IMG/VR virus record: IMGVR_UViG_3300028591_000073
Location: 230,549 to 294,548 of that record
Direction: 5' to 3' (one strand)
DNA: 64,000 nt
Source: a virus
Lineage: Duplodnaviria; Caudoviricetes
Below, piece after piece: positions 9,603 through 19,747 of the stretch. Below the pieces are notes generated by a model. The model was not told where the DNA came from and made no database searches. It was given only the letters and a program-made list of their open reading frames with translations. The first letter of the stretch is position 1. Each line of letters begins with the position of its first letter. The position numbers and the translations under genes were made by a program.

Positions 9603-10544
9603 ATGATTCAATTTGTACAAGAAGCTGCGTTACCTAAATTGTCGCAGTCTTCATTATATGCGAAATATGATCAAACATCCAATATCACGCAAGCATTACG
9701 AGAAGAATTAGCAGGTGCTTCCGAGTTTGTGCAAACACCAGATGATTTAAAAGAACTTGTTGCTTTGATGAGATTGAATGGTGATGCAATTGTAAAAAAA
9801 GCAATTGATGCATGGGAACGTGGAGAAATCATTGTGATTTATAATCATGAGGAATCCAAAATTCCACCCGTACTTCCATACATTGTCATTGGTAAAGAAG
9901 GAAACCAAAAATGTTATATCTTTGCCAATCAAGTAGTGACACGTTTGAATTCCACGAACGAGTATATCAATTTAATGGCTACGTTGGAAGCAGGATATTT
10001 GGCATTACAGATTAACAAGAAACCAGATCAATTTATTTCTAATCGTAATGTCATGTTGATTCTGGCTGATATTTTCCAATTCATGGTCCTTTGTCCATTG
10101 GAATTGAGAATGTATATGAAAGGTGAAAACTTAACAAAAGCCATGATGTATGCAATTGCATTCTTTTATAAGATTATTGATGGAGAAGCAATGTCTTATG
10201 AATCCATCAACTTCAAACGTTTGTTAAAAGATACTGTTAATCCAGATCTTGCCAGACAAGTTGTATCCGAAGTACAAGCTTTGGATGGTCCAAACTTTAT
10301 GGAATTATTGGAATTGATCAAACGTATCAATCCCGTTAGATATGGGAATTTGGATGCGGTATATGTACAACACTTTGTGCAATGTTGTGGTGTTTATATC
10401 GTATTTGCATTGGAGAATCCGGCATATCTTTTCTTGTTAATATCATCTTCTTCATACAAAACAAAGCTGACCTCATTTAACATGAATAAATTGGTTGGTA
10501 CAATTTCAAGGAAATGTATCACACAACTTGTATCCATGGTATAA
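9603..10544 (+). CDS. Putative virion (head) protein
   Basis: 313 aa, SD AAGGAG, N-terminal FVQE-A processing-like motif, in the portal cluster. Confidence 0.45.
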   Translation: MIQFVQEAALPKLSQSSLYAKYDQTSNITQALREELAGASEFVQTPDDLKELVALMRLNGDAIVKKAIDAWERGEIIVIYNHEESKIPPVLPYIVIGKEGNQKCYIFANQVVTRLNSTNEYINLMATLEAGYLALQINKKPDQFISNRNVMLILADIFQFMVLCPLELRMYMKGENLTKAMMYAIAFFYKIIDGEAMSYESINFKRLLKDTVNPDLARQVVSEVQALDGPNFMELLELIKRINPVRYGNLDAVYVQHFVQCCGVYIVFALENPAYLFLLISSSSYKTKLTSFNMNKLVGTISRKCITQLVSMV

Positions 10545-10574
10545 CATATTTCATATTCGAAAGGAAGTGATAAT

Positions 10575-12887
10575 ATGTCAAAAATTATTGATGAATTTAC
10601 ACATTTGGCAGATGATGTGACTGGCGGTAAAATGTCAGATGCATTGGAAATTGCACATAGTGTTGGTGAAACTGCAGAGAGAGCCGTCGATCTTGCAAAA
10701 GATTCTTTCGTTGGACGATCTCTTAGTCTGTCTGTTGATACTGCCAGTAACGTTTTGGGAAAAGTTGCAAATAATGTCGTACAGTTAGCAGATACTGTCA
10801 CTGGAGGATTGGCTGGAGATGTGATTGATACTGCGATAGATACAGCAAATGACATTGTCACATATGTGTCCAATGCAGGTGAAATCATTGCAACAGCAGT
10901 GGATGAAAGTGTTGGTTCATTAATCCATTTGGCAGATGAAGCATATAATGATCAATTTGGAGCACCCATTCAGGAGTGGGTTCCTGAATATACAAAAGCT
11001 GTATTTGATATCTATAATCCACGATTATTGACCATGGATAGACCTGAGGAACCAGCACCAATCGCATACAATAATGTCACATTTTCACAATCTGACGTTA
11101 GTGTTGATTCTTCTAAATTGGATCCACATCTCTCTACATTTTCTGATGAAGCAGATTTCATGATTGAACAACAGAGTGTGGATACTCGTAATATCGTATC
11201 TTATTTGCAAGAAGGTCGTTTGCGAGAAACGGTACTGAGACCAACACCTGTTCCATCTGATTATGAATATAATAAGACATTGACTCCAAAAGATCATTAT
11301 CTAACAAAACATGATCCAACAACAGGATTGGAAGTTCGTGGAGAACATGGTGAAGCATTACCGAATACACCAACAATTGGAATTAAAAATCCAACTGCAT
11401 TTGAAAGAAATTATAAAACGAATGCAAAAACAAGAGAAGATCATCGGCATTATGACCCGATGACGCCGGGTGATAATACACATGCGTCATTCGGTTATCA
11501 ATCAACCAGTGGTCCCGTGAATGGTTATCGGCGTTTCCAAGGTTCTACCACACCAGCTTATACGGAAGCGGAACCTTTACGAAAACAAATCCAAACAGTG
11601 GAAGATGGGTTGTATAAGTATGAGAAGTCTTTTAATGAAGACGGAACTGCTCGTTCATTATCTCCAATCGATCCATTTATTCGATTGGAACAACCATGGA
11701 TTGCACAATACGCCAATGTGTTTTCTTATAATCGAACCAAAACACCAGTTGCAGATTTGGAATGGCGTAAAGGATTTCGACATATCTTTATTACACGTCC
11801 CGAGTGTTATATTCTAGCACGTGATGGTGCTTTGAGTGAGCAATGTAATAATGATGAAGTCTTTTATACCTCATGGACTCGTATTCCACATATCTTGTAT
11901 CTACTATCGCCGTCCTATGTCACTTGTGGAGACGCACACAAAGATTCTCCACGTTACAAGGATAATTTCAATTATTTATTGTCCAATCGTATCATGGGTA
12001 TGTCGGCATTAGGTACAGAAATTGATCAGATTCAATCTATGGTAAAAGCAACGAACCAAGCAACTGTCACTCCTGGTGGTGCGGTTTCCAATGATTATGG
12101 TAATTCATTATCATTAAATTTCCGAGATACAAAGAATCTGGAAGTATATGAATGCATGCGATTATGGATGCGATATATTCATAACATTTATCTTGGGAAT
12201 TTTGCTTCATCTTATAATGATTATGCAACTAATAACACATATAATTTCACATCTTATTCGGATGATAACGGATATATTATCGATTCTGGTAATGGTAAAA
12301 TTCCAATATTGAAACAACGTCATTTGCATCCATATGATCGTGCATTGGATTATTGTTGCACGATATTTGATATCGTCACAAATGAAACAGGTACAAAGAT
12401 TCTGTATTGGTGTAAATACATTGGTTGCTATCCGGTAAGTGCACAGCCATCTTTGAATACACAGAACATGAATGAAGCAATTTCTGGTGAACAAACATGT
12501 GCTACCAGATTCTATTATCAAGGTAAAGAAGAATTGACAAACCGTGCATTGATTGAATTTAACTTCAATGCTGGTGTTGTGGATGAAATGGGAAATCCGG
12601 GAAGTACCACGATTAAAGAATCTTTACCATGGTTATTACGTGAAAATTATGCAGTGTCATCAGGTGCACAACATCGCAGTACAGCATATATTGGAGCAGC
12701 TGGCATGTTTACTGGAAGACCTTATATTGTATTGGGTAAACAAGCTGACCATGTTACCAAGAAAGCAGCAGTATATTCACCATATCTGAGATTTATGCAA
12801 TTACAAGATATCGATGCTTCCAGAATGAATGCAGATATTACAAATGATACAACAACAACTGGAAGATTAGTTGCAGTTTATAATTAA
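10575..12887 (+). CDS. Virion structural protein, tail-tube-initiator/baseplate-like C-terminal domain
   Basis: HIFITRP, YLLSN, LSLNFRDT, LWMRYI and YWCKYIGCYP resemble phiKZ-like tube-fold baseplate proteins; repeated LADxVTGG at the N-terminus. Confidence 0.55.
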   Translation: MSKIIDEFTHLADDVTGGKMSDALEIAHSVGETAERAVDLAKDSFVGRSLSLSVDTASNVLGKVANNVVQLADTVTGGLAGDVIDTAIDTANDIVTYVSNAGEIIATAVDESVGSLIHLADEAYNDQFGAPIQEWVPEYTKAVFDIYNPRLLTMDRPEEPAPIAYNNVTFSQSDVSVDSSKLDPHLSTFSDEADFMIEQQSVDTRNIVSYLQEGRLRETVLRPTPVPSDYEYNKTLTPKDHYLTKHDPTTGLEVRGEHGEALPNTPTIGIKNPTAFERNYKTNAKTREDHRHYDPMTPGDNTHASFGYQSTSGPVNGYRRFQGSTTPAYTEAEPLRKQIQTVEDGLYKYEKSFNEDGTARSLSPIDPFIRLEQPWIAQYANVFSYNRTKTPVADLEWRKGFRHIFITRPECYILARDGALSEQCNNDEVFYTSWTRIPHILYLLSPSYVTCGDAHKDSPRYKDNFNYLLSNRIMGMSALGTEIDQIQSMVKATNQATVTPGGAVSNDYGNSLSLNFRDTKNLEVYECMRLWMRYIHNIYLGNFASSYNDYATNNTYNFTSYSDDNGYIIDSGNGKIPILKQRHLHPYDRALDYCCTIFDIVTNETGTKILYWCKYIGCYPVSAQPSLNTQNMNEAISGEQTCATRFYYQGKEELTNRALIEFNFNAGVVDEMGNPGSTTIKESLPWLLRENYAVSSGAQHRSTAYIGAAGMFTGRPYIVLGKQADHVTKKAAVYSPYLRFMQLQDIDASRMNADITNDTTTTGRLVAVYN

Positions 12888-12895
12888 CGAAAGGA

Positions 12896-15286
12896 GTGAT
12901 GAGAATGCCAGAAGTCAATCAAGATTTATTGATCGGATTGGTCAATGATGTATTGGGTAAAGATGAAATCGAAGCTCGTAAAGATGAAATCGAAGATACC
13001 ATTACTGGAATATTGAAATCTTATAATTTGTCAACAGATTTGTCATTTGTGGAAAAGATGGCAAAATTGAAGTTCCATACAAACAAGGGAGAAGAAGTTG
13101 ATATTGAAGAACTTCCGTCAGAATTGAAAGATGCTGCATTCTTACCGGTAAATACAATTGCGGATATTGCATTACGTCAAGATCTGGATATGATCATATC
13201 ACAACTGCCAGAATGGTATAACGCCATTCAAGTTACCAGAGATGCAGTATGTGAAGCAGATACCGTTGATGGTAAATTATCACGTGTGATTCAATTTGAT
13301 CGTGTGGCATTAAATGATCAACAGAAAGCTTCTAATATTGCAAAAATAGAAGAAGTAGAAGATCGAATGGAATTAAATCATATTATCAAAAATCATATTG
13401 TGTTTAACACATTGCTGTATGGGGAGTCCTATGTATACACAATTCCGTATGCAAAAGTATTCTCTGACTTATATCAATTCCGTTTAAATGATGAAAATAA
13501 ACGTAAATCATCATCCGTATCTAACATGTTTGAAATATCATCTACCATGAAAGGATATGGATATGGAGAACAAACCATTGAGGTTTCTTTGAGTGATACC
13601 ATCATCCAGGAATCCAACAAGTATAAAAATAAGAACAATACTGTCTTCACAGAACAAGAAATCATGGATATCAATCCTATGTATCATGGTCATACATTTC
13701 ATGAAGATGGAACAGAGGATAAGAAATCACAAAAGGAATATGATGAACAATATGAAGCACAATTAAAAGAAATTGCAGATAATATTTCTTATATTGAACA
13801 AGATATTGCATTACCTGTGATTGAACAATCTGCTCATGATTTAAAAGCGGTGTATGAAGCAAAATATCGTGAAACAAAGAATGACACCGATGTGAAAGCA
13901 TTCTTTGAAGAAGTGGTAGAAGATGGGATGAAATCAGAACCAACCACATTTGACAAACATTTTTCCCGTATCAAAGGATGTTACATTCGTATCTTACCAG
14001 CAACGAAATTGATTCCAATTCGTATTGATAGAACTGTGATCGGATATTACTATGTGTCTGACCAGACTCGTACGGAAAAGAGTGGTGAAAGACGTAATTC
14101 TGGATTGAGTGGTTATACATTAAGAACACCATCGATTGGCTATGATACATTCTCTCCGGACCAGATGTTCTGTGAGAAATTGGCAACTAAAATCATCAAT
14201 AACTTTGATTTGAAATTCATGCGTGATAATACGGCATTACATGAACAAATCGTTGCGATTCTGCAATCTCACAAATTTAATGAAGCGATGTTACGTTTCA
14301 TTTATATTCCAGCAGAACATGTTTCACAGTTTACCATTAACAAAGATGGTATGGGATGTGGACATTCCATGATGGAACCTGGATTGATTGCGGCAAGAAT
14401 GTACATGTTCTTGAAACTGTACACTGTGCTGTATCAGATTAACAATTCACAGATTCGTGTTTATAATTTGAGAATGAGTGGTATCGATAAGAATTATCGT
14501 CAATTAGTACAAGAAACCATTCGTAAGTTTGCCGCTCGTAGAATCACAGCCAATGATATTTTCAATTATCGTTCTTCCATGACAAAGGTAAGTGGTGGTT
14601 CAGAATTGATTATGCCAATGGGTGCATCGGGTGAAGCACCAATCCAAGTATCATCTATCGATGCTGCAGACTCACCCATTTCATCCGACTTAATGGAACA
14701 ATTGAAAGCAGAAGCTATTAACTCCACTCCAGTACCAGCTTTGTTATTGACAAATGGTGCTGTATCGGAGATTGAATTTGCAAAGGAAACAGAATTGGCA
14801 AATACCAAATTCAATTCTTTTGTCTCAGGTGTTAAGATTGAATTGAATCATGATACTACAAAATTCTATCGTAAGATACTGAAATGGGAAACTGATATTG
14901 AACCAGAGTTATTAAAAGATATGACATTCTCCTTCCATATGTCAACATCCAAAACATTGAATGTGACATCGGAAAAGATTTCCACATTTGATGCTGTATG
15001 GCAACTTGTCATGAAAACCTTTTTAACAAAGGAAGAAAGACAAGAAGGAGATGGAGAAGAAGGAGACACACCAGTTGCACGTGCTTTAAAGAAGAAAATG
15101 ATTCAAAAGTATCTTCCAGAAATTGATGTGGAAGACTTTGAGAATATGGCAAAAGAAGCACGTGATGAAGCAAACCAGAATAAATTAAACGAAGTGGATC
15201 CAAATAAGAATCTCTTGGATAGTTCTGTTCCCGATGCAGGAGATGCCGGCGGTGGAGTAGATGATATGAATGGAGGTATGTTCTAA
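12896..15286 (+). CDS. Portal protein (jumbo phage type)
   Basis: 796 aa; TLLYGESYVY, IPAEHV...GHSMMEP, IRVY, TPVPA and EFAKE...N follow the order seen in T4/phiKZ-type portals. Confidence 0.7.
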   Translation: MMRMPEVNQDLLIGLVNDVLGKDEIEARKDEIEDTITGILKSYNLSTDLSFVEKMAKLKFHTNKGEEVDIEELPSELKDAAFLPVNTIADIALRQDLDMIISQLPEWYNAIQVTRDAVCEADTVDGKLSRVIQFDRVALNDQQKASNIAKIEEVEDRMELNHIIKNHIVFNTLLYGESYVYTIPYAKVFSDLYQFRLNDENKRKSSSVSNMFEISSTMKGYGYGEQTIEVSLSDTIIQESNKYKNKNNTVFTEQEIMDINPMYHGHTFHEDGTEDKKSQKEYDEQYEAQLKEIADNISYIEQDIALPVIEQSAHDLKAVYEAKYRETKNDTDVKAFFEEVVEDGMKSEPTTFDKHFSRIKGCYIRILPATKLIPIRIDRTVIGYYYVSDQTRTEKSGERRNSGLSGYTLRTPSIGYDTFSPDQMFCEKLATKIINNFDLKFMRDNTALHEQIVAILQSHKFNEAMLRFIYIPAEHVSQFTINKDGMGCGHSMMEPGLIAARMYMFLKLYTVLYQINNSQIRVYNLRMSGIDKNYRQLVQETIRKFAARRITANDIFNYRSSMTKVSGGSELIMPMGASGEAPIQVSSIDAADSPISSDLMEQLKAEAINSTPVPALLLTNGAVSEIEFAKETELANTKFNSFVSGVKIELNHDTTKFYRKILKWETDIEPELLKDMTFSFHMSTSKTLNVTSEKISTFDAVWQLVMKTFLTKEERQEGDGEEGDTPVARALKKKMIQKYLPEIDVEDFENMAKEARDEANQNKLNEVDPNKNLLDSSVPDAGDAGGGVDDMNGGMF

Positions 15287-17037
15287 TGGCTAAGGATAAC
15301 ATGATTGTTGAAAAGACAGCAACTGGAGCAATTATCCATCAACCCACTCTGGAAGTGAAACGTAAAGCATTACAATACTTCTCCCTTCCAGATCCACAAC
15401 GTGAATATTTCATTTATTCTGGATCAGACATCAATCGTCGACCAATCTTTGGAAATGAACATGATGTATTATATATTTCATCTGGATTCTTAAAAATCAA
15501 AGATCCGGTAATTGATAAATTAAGATTACAAGCGACCAGAGTGGCATCACGTGATGGTGCTCCTATTCAAATTACAATGAATCGAAAACCTCGTTCTCAA
15601 TTACAAGTTGACTGTATCCAAATGATGGTAGAAACCGGATATTCCAAAATGACATGTGAAGTGAAGCCCGGTGTTGGCTTTCTGGCACCCGTATCGAGTA
15701 ATCGGTATGTTAAATTACCCTTTGAATTGCTGGGACGCTCTAATGCTCATTGTACTACAACATGATTCCGAACAGGAATGAGTGTGAATGTGACGAAAGT
15801 AAAAAGAAACAATGAGATGGTGTATGGTTAAATCCTAAACATTATTAAGAATGAGCAATCAGCAGCGAAGCTCCGAATAGGAGAACGTTCAACGACTATC
15901 TCGAAAGAGAGTAGGGAAACCGAAGCGGAGGGCATCCTATGTGAGGATGATGATATAGTCTGAAGCGGAAAGACATTCATGGCATTATCCGTTATCAGTC
16001 AGCTTGGAAAGAAACCATTGATTATTGCTCCCACGGCATTATTGAAGAATCAATGGATTGAGAATTTTACAGATTTGGGTGTTGATGTAAATGATATTGC
16101 AACACGTATTTATGATGGACCGAACAAGAAAGTATGTGTTGTCACCATATCAGCAATTGAAAATGAATTACGTAAAGATTGGCAAGGTCTCATGAATGTA
16201 TTGAAACAAGCGAACTATGGTATTCGTATTACAGACGAAGCACATCTACATTTGAAGGGTGTGTTGAAATTTGATGCTATTGCCAATATCAAACGTAATT
16301 ATTATCTGTCCGCAACACTTGGTAGATCAGATGAACAAGAGGATGATGTTCTCAATCGAGCATTATTAGATGCAGATCGATTCGTCGGTGATAAACGATA
16401 TGAGGAATATCAAGATGAATACATCAATGTGTATCTTCAAGATATTTACTACAATGCTTCTCGTGAAATATGTGAGGAACATTTTCGATATGGGAAAAAG
16501 GGACTAATCAGTGCAACATATTATCGTATGTTAATGGATTATCAACATGGCATTCCCTTTTATCGGAATGCATGTCATATGGTGAAAGTTGCAGAGAAAT
16601 TGAAAGTACAGGGTAAAGTATTATTGTTATTACCATTACTCGATGCAATTGATCGTATTAAAGAAGAAATGATGAAAGATCCATACTTCCGTCAATTTAA
16701 GATTGCATCTGTCGATGGTAGTATGAAATTATCCGAAAGACAACAAGCGTTTGATCAAGATATCATCTTAGCAACAACAATGAGTTGTGGCACGGGTGTG
16801 GATATTTCTAACTTAGGAGCGGTTGTTAACTTTGATCAAAAGTCTTCTTTGATTATCTTAGAGCAGATAGTTGGTCGTTTGCGTAATCGTGGATTCCAAA
16901 CATTCTATATTGATATTTGTGATCATGTAAAATATGCAAGGGCATTTGAAAACTGGGGAATGAAGCGTCGACAATACATGCCTTACTTTCCTGGCACCTC
17001 TCCGAAGATGCACATGCTACCAAAGATTATGTGTTAA
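15286..17037 (+). CDS. SF2 DEAH helicase (UvsW-like), intron-split: join(15286..15674,15966..17037), 486 aa
   Basis: Splicing restores Walker A KPGVGKT. Q-motif PRSQLQ, IIAPT, DEAH, LSATLGR, TGVDI and EQIVGRLR are present. Confidence 0.88.
15675..15965 (+). mobile_element. Group I self-splicing intron, 291 nt, no homing endonuclease
   Basis: P GAATTGCTGGGA (15724), Q AATCAGCAG (15857), R GTTCAACGACTAT (to 15899), S GATATAGTC (to 15960). P1 has U15674.G15685; P3 is 15718-24/15926-32; P8 is 15933-49; P10 pairs CTTTCTG with CGGAAAG; terminal G at 15965. Confidence 0.9.
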
Positions 17038-17042
17038 TGAAT

Positions 17043-17062
17043 GAGGGCCCATATGGGCCCTC
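17043..17062. terminator. CATATG-centred palindrome
   Basis: GAGGGCCCATATGGGCCCTC after the helicase stop. Confidence 0.7.
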
Positions 17063-17122
17063 TTCTATTATTTCAACTTTCTATCTATATATAATTAATA
17101 TGATATCAGAAATAAATCTGAT
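17063..17122 (+). promoter_or_regulatory. Putative early promoter plus hairpin (copy 2)
   Basis: TTCTATTATTTCAACTTTCTA-TCTATATATAATTAATATGA, then ATCAGA-AATAAA-TCTGAT. Confidence 0.7.
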
Positions 17123-17175
17123 TATTGGTAAGCTCACACCAAGTTGAGCATTATATTCTTGAAAGGAGAATATGT

Positions 17176-17742
17176 ATGTGTATGAATTTTGTAAAAATAT
17201 ATCAATTAAATGATTATCTCAATTATCAAATTTCGGGATATAAAATCCATACATCAGTTGGCACGCCGACTGTCAAGAACGGTTACACCGAAAAGGTTGT
17301 AACCACAACGCGTGTAGTTGAACACTGCACGTGTGAGAAATGCCCAAAACGGGCAACAGACCCCCTCACAGGTGAAACATACTGTTCCCATGATACCAAC
17401 GCAGGTTGGGACGAATGGGAAGAAACCTTTGTTCGTAGTGAAGACTACGAACACTTCTGTCCCAACGGCAATTACGCCGAATGGGAGGAAGAAGAAACAT
17501 ACGAAAAAATTGAGAGTGTCATTAATGACACAATCAATAAAAATTCAGTTGCAACATTTTCCATACATTATGGAAATTGTAGCAGAAATGAATTTTTGAT
17601 TCACATCAAATCTCAATTTGACGTGAATGGAGATGAAATATTCTCCGTAGAGAAGAACAGAAAAGAAATATTTACATCATCCTCTGATGAAGAAATCGTG
17701 GCATTTGTCACAAAGCTCATCAAAGATGATTGCAGAATCTAA
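17176..17742 (+). CDS. Hypothetical early protein with Cys/His cluster
   Basis: SD GAAAGGAG before ATG 17176; HCTCEKC...YCSH...HFC. Confidence 0.7.
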   Translation: MCMNFVKIYQLNDYLNYQISGYKIHTSVGTPTVKNGYTEKVVTTTRVVEHCTCEKCPKRATDPLTGETYCSHDTNAGWDEWEETFVRSEDYEHFCPNGNYAEWEEEETYEKIESVINDTINKNSVATFSIHYGNCSRNEFLIHIKSQFDVNGDEIFSVEKNRKEIFTSSSDEEIVAFVTKLIKDDCRI

Positions 17743-17802
17743 AAGAAACAACACACCCCGAATGGAAGGGTGTGTTTTTCTTGTATTTTTGATGTAAATT
17801 TT

Positions 17803-17862
17803 TTATGCTACTGAGATACTAGTGTGTAATCTATTCAAACTGGCTTTCACTTTCTTTGCCAT
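17803..17862 (-). CDS. 19-aa peptide MAKKVKASLNRLHTSISVA (not in ORF track)
   Basis: SD AGGAGG at 17879-17874, ATG 17862, TAA 17805-17803; flanked by hairpins. Confidence 0.5.
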   Translation of the reverse strand: MAKKVKASLNRLHTSISVA

Positions 17863-17950
17863 AAGAGATGAGTCCTCCTGACTAAATATATTGAGTACCA
17901 CGCGGGCATTGGTACTCTCGCTTTTTTGGATAGATATGGAACATTACAAT

Positions 17951-17972
17951 TGTGGGGCCATATGGCCCCACA
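17951..17972. terminator. CATATG-centred palindrome
   Basis: TGTGGGGCCATATGGCCCCACA. Confidence 0.65.
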
Positions 17973-17979
17973 TTATATT

Positions 17980-18037
17980 TTCTATTATTTTATTTTTTCA
18001 TATAGATATCATTAATATGATATAGAGAAATCTATAT
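17980..18037 (+). promoter_or_regulatory. Putative early promoter plus hairpin (copy 3)
   Basis: TTCTATTATTTTATTTTTTCA-TATAGATATCATTAATATGA, then ATATAGA-GAAA-TCTATAT. Confidence 0.72.
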
Positions 18038-18079
18038 TATGCATCCGGCAAGATGTCATCAGTAATCTTTTGAAAGGAG

Positions 18080-18358
18080 GTGAATGGTATGACACAAGAC
18101 TGGAATTGTCATCTCACCGTCATCGATAACGATGACCTCAGTGACATTGAGGTTACCATCGTTGCTGATGGTGAGAATGTTGATTCCGTACTGAAAGCAG
18201 CTGCGAAAGCAGTTGCTGATGTATGGGATTGTGCAGATTGCGATATTGTGGGAACACATATCGTACTGCACACCGGTAACCTGTGTGGTGATGTTGAGTA
18301 CAAACTCAACAGCATCACCCCCAGAACCGGTGGTCCTTGTGTGATTAAGTTCGCATAA
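18080..18358 (+). CDS. Small acidic early protein
   Basis: SD AAAGGAGGTGA (likely start ATG 18089); D/E-rich. Confidence 0.75.
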   Translation: MNGMTQDWNCHLTVIDNDDLSDIEVTIVADGENVDSVLKAAAKAVADVWDCADCDIVGTHIVLHTGNLCGDVEYKLNSITPRTGGPCVIKFA

Positions 18359-18365
18359 GGACCGG

Positions 18366-18397
18366 ACAGCCTGAGCATGCTGTATAAAAACTGCTCA
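18366..18397 (+). ncRNA. Predicted H-type pseudoknot (PK1)
   Basis: ACAGC-C-TGAGCA-T-GCTGT-ATAAAAAC-TGCTCA. Confidence 0.6.
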
Positions 18398-18480
18398 TTT
18401 CTTTTATAAAAAATCTGACATATCATGTCATAAGAACCCAATAGGTCGATATGTTCAGATTCTAAAAAGGAGGTAATCTT

Positions 18481-19014
18481 ATGACACATGAACAATATGA
18501 ATTTATTCAAGGACTTCAACAGGATATTCTGAAACGGGTTGCTTATGCAAACCCGGCATGCGTCCTCAGTCAGTCTGAACTTGCCATTCTGTATCACGGC
18601 GGCGAGTTCGATGAAATTCATCAAGCCGAAATCGGATTTTCCAATGATGATGAAACTGGAATAAAAACCATTATCATCAACAGATATGTGAATGACAAAC
18701 TGGTTTTTCACCAGTTCATTGTCATTGAGAATCCAAATCCAGATGAGGAAACACCATATGGCGTCACAACAGTGAACACCGATTTCAACGGTGATGCTGA
18801 CTGTGATATCATAGCTGTTCTGTACAGTCACATCCCAGGTATGTCCTGGCGAAGAGTGGAAGACAGAACTGTCACCTTGTGCGACAAACTGGACAATGTT
18901 ATTCGTCAGGCGCAACAGCCCAGCTTCGAGGAGTTTATCCACAGAATCATTGATGAGAGACTCGCGGAAGGTCCTGGGAATTGGGACGATGATGGCGAAG
19001 ACAAGGATGCATAA
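18481..19014 (+). CDS. Acidic early protein
   Basis: 177 aa, SD AAGGAGG, acidic C-terminus. Confidence 0.75.
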   Translation: MTHEQYEFIQGLQQDILKRVAYANPACVLSQSELAILYHGGEFDEIHQAEIGFSNDDETGIKTIIINRYVNDKLVFHQFIVIENPNPDEETPYGVTTVNTDFNGDADCDIIAVLYSHIPGMSWRRVEDRTVTLCDKLDNVIRQAQQPSFEEFIHRIIDERLAEGPGNWDDDGEDKDA

Positions 19015-19034
19015 TCTAATTCTGAGTCATCAAT

Positions 19035-19102
19035 ATGACCTGAGTAAGTCATTAAACTGCTCATCGTTATATAAGACCAGCTCATGTCTTAAGAAACCGA
19101 GC
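19035..19102 (+). ncRNA. Two tandem predicted H-type pseudoknots (PK3, PK4)
   Basis: ATGAC-C-TGAGTA-A-GTCAT-TAAAC-TGCTCA and TAAGAC-CA-GCTC-AT-GTCTTA-AGAAACC-GAGC. Confidence 0.6.
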
Positions 19103-19127
19103 GTACATTCCAAAGGAGGAACTATTT

Positions 19128-19670
19128 ATGGCAAAAATAATCAATGAAGACAACCTCAGTGCAGGTGTAACACAGTACGATGGCAACCGTGTTGATGTTA
19201 TGGCAGAAGTTGCCAAACAGCAGTATCGCACTGCTTCTGATGAATTGCATAAAGCAATTTATGCAATGGAGATGTTCAACATCTTCATGGAGCAGCAGAT
19301 GCATGCCGGCCTCGATGTATTTGATGGCGGAAGCCATTGTACATTAAAAGGTGGGTATGATGGTCCCTGGTACTTCGACCCCACCAGACCAGAGACAGTA
19401 CGTCTCTCCACACAGGGTGGTGAAGGACCGGATGTGACAATATCCGAACTCAAGTGCTTTTCCGCACACTGGGCTTACAAAACGAGCGGAGGGGAAGCAA
19501 TCATCTGGCTTACGGCATATCCAGATGAGGATTTCCCGGACCACATCATCTTCGAAATCGAAGAGGAATTCGAAGATGAATATGGTGAACCGAATCACTT
19601 CGGAACCAGTGACTCTGATATGTTCCATAACGGAACATTTGACCCGTCGAAGGTCTCCGGCATCATCTGA
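19128..19670 (+). CDS. Acidic early protein
   Basis: 180 aa, SD AAAGGAGG. Confidence 0.75.
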   Translation: MAKIINEDNLSAGVTQYDGNRVDVMAEVAKQQYRTASDELHKAIYAMEMFNIFMEQQMHAGLDVFDGGSHCTLKGGYDGPWYFDPTRPETVRLSTQGGEGPDVTISELKCFSAHWAYKTSGGEAIIWLTAYPDEDFPDHIIFEIEEEFEDEYGEPNHFGTSDSDMFHNGTFDPSKVSGII

Positions 19671-19690
19671 TAGACTTTCTCCGCTGAAAG

Positions 19691-19743
19691 GCGGAGGAGA
19701 TGAGTATATGAATTATCGTATATTGATCTCCTCCGCTTTTTTC
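19691..19743. terminator. Long-stem terminator between convergent units
   Basis: GCGGAGGAGAT...ATCTCCTCCGC followed by a T run. Confidence 0.7.
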
Positions 19744-19747
19744 TTGT

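Noticed and set aside
15286-15765. The 159-aa ORF and 15979..17037 as two separate genes
   Set aside because: They are in the same frame and are joined by the group I intron; Walker A is split between them.
15961-15981. Alternative 3' splice site at the G of ...TTCATG, using TGAA/TTCA as a mini-P9
   Set aside because: It would delete the GKT of Walker A and loses the 7-bp P10 pairing.
17125-17149. Possible sixth pseudoknot TTGGT/ACCAA with GCTCA/TGAGC
   Set aside because: Loop 3 is only 2 nt and lacks the A-rich linker; more likely alternative hairpins.
18109-18942. 277-aa minus-strand ORF and other long shadow ORFs (e.g. 22374..23165, 31929..32513, 34563..34985)
   Set aside because: They are antisense to well-supported genes, lack SDs and have no recognisable motifs.
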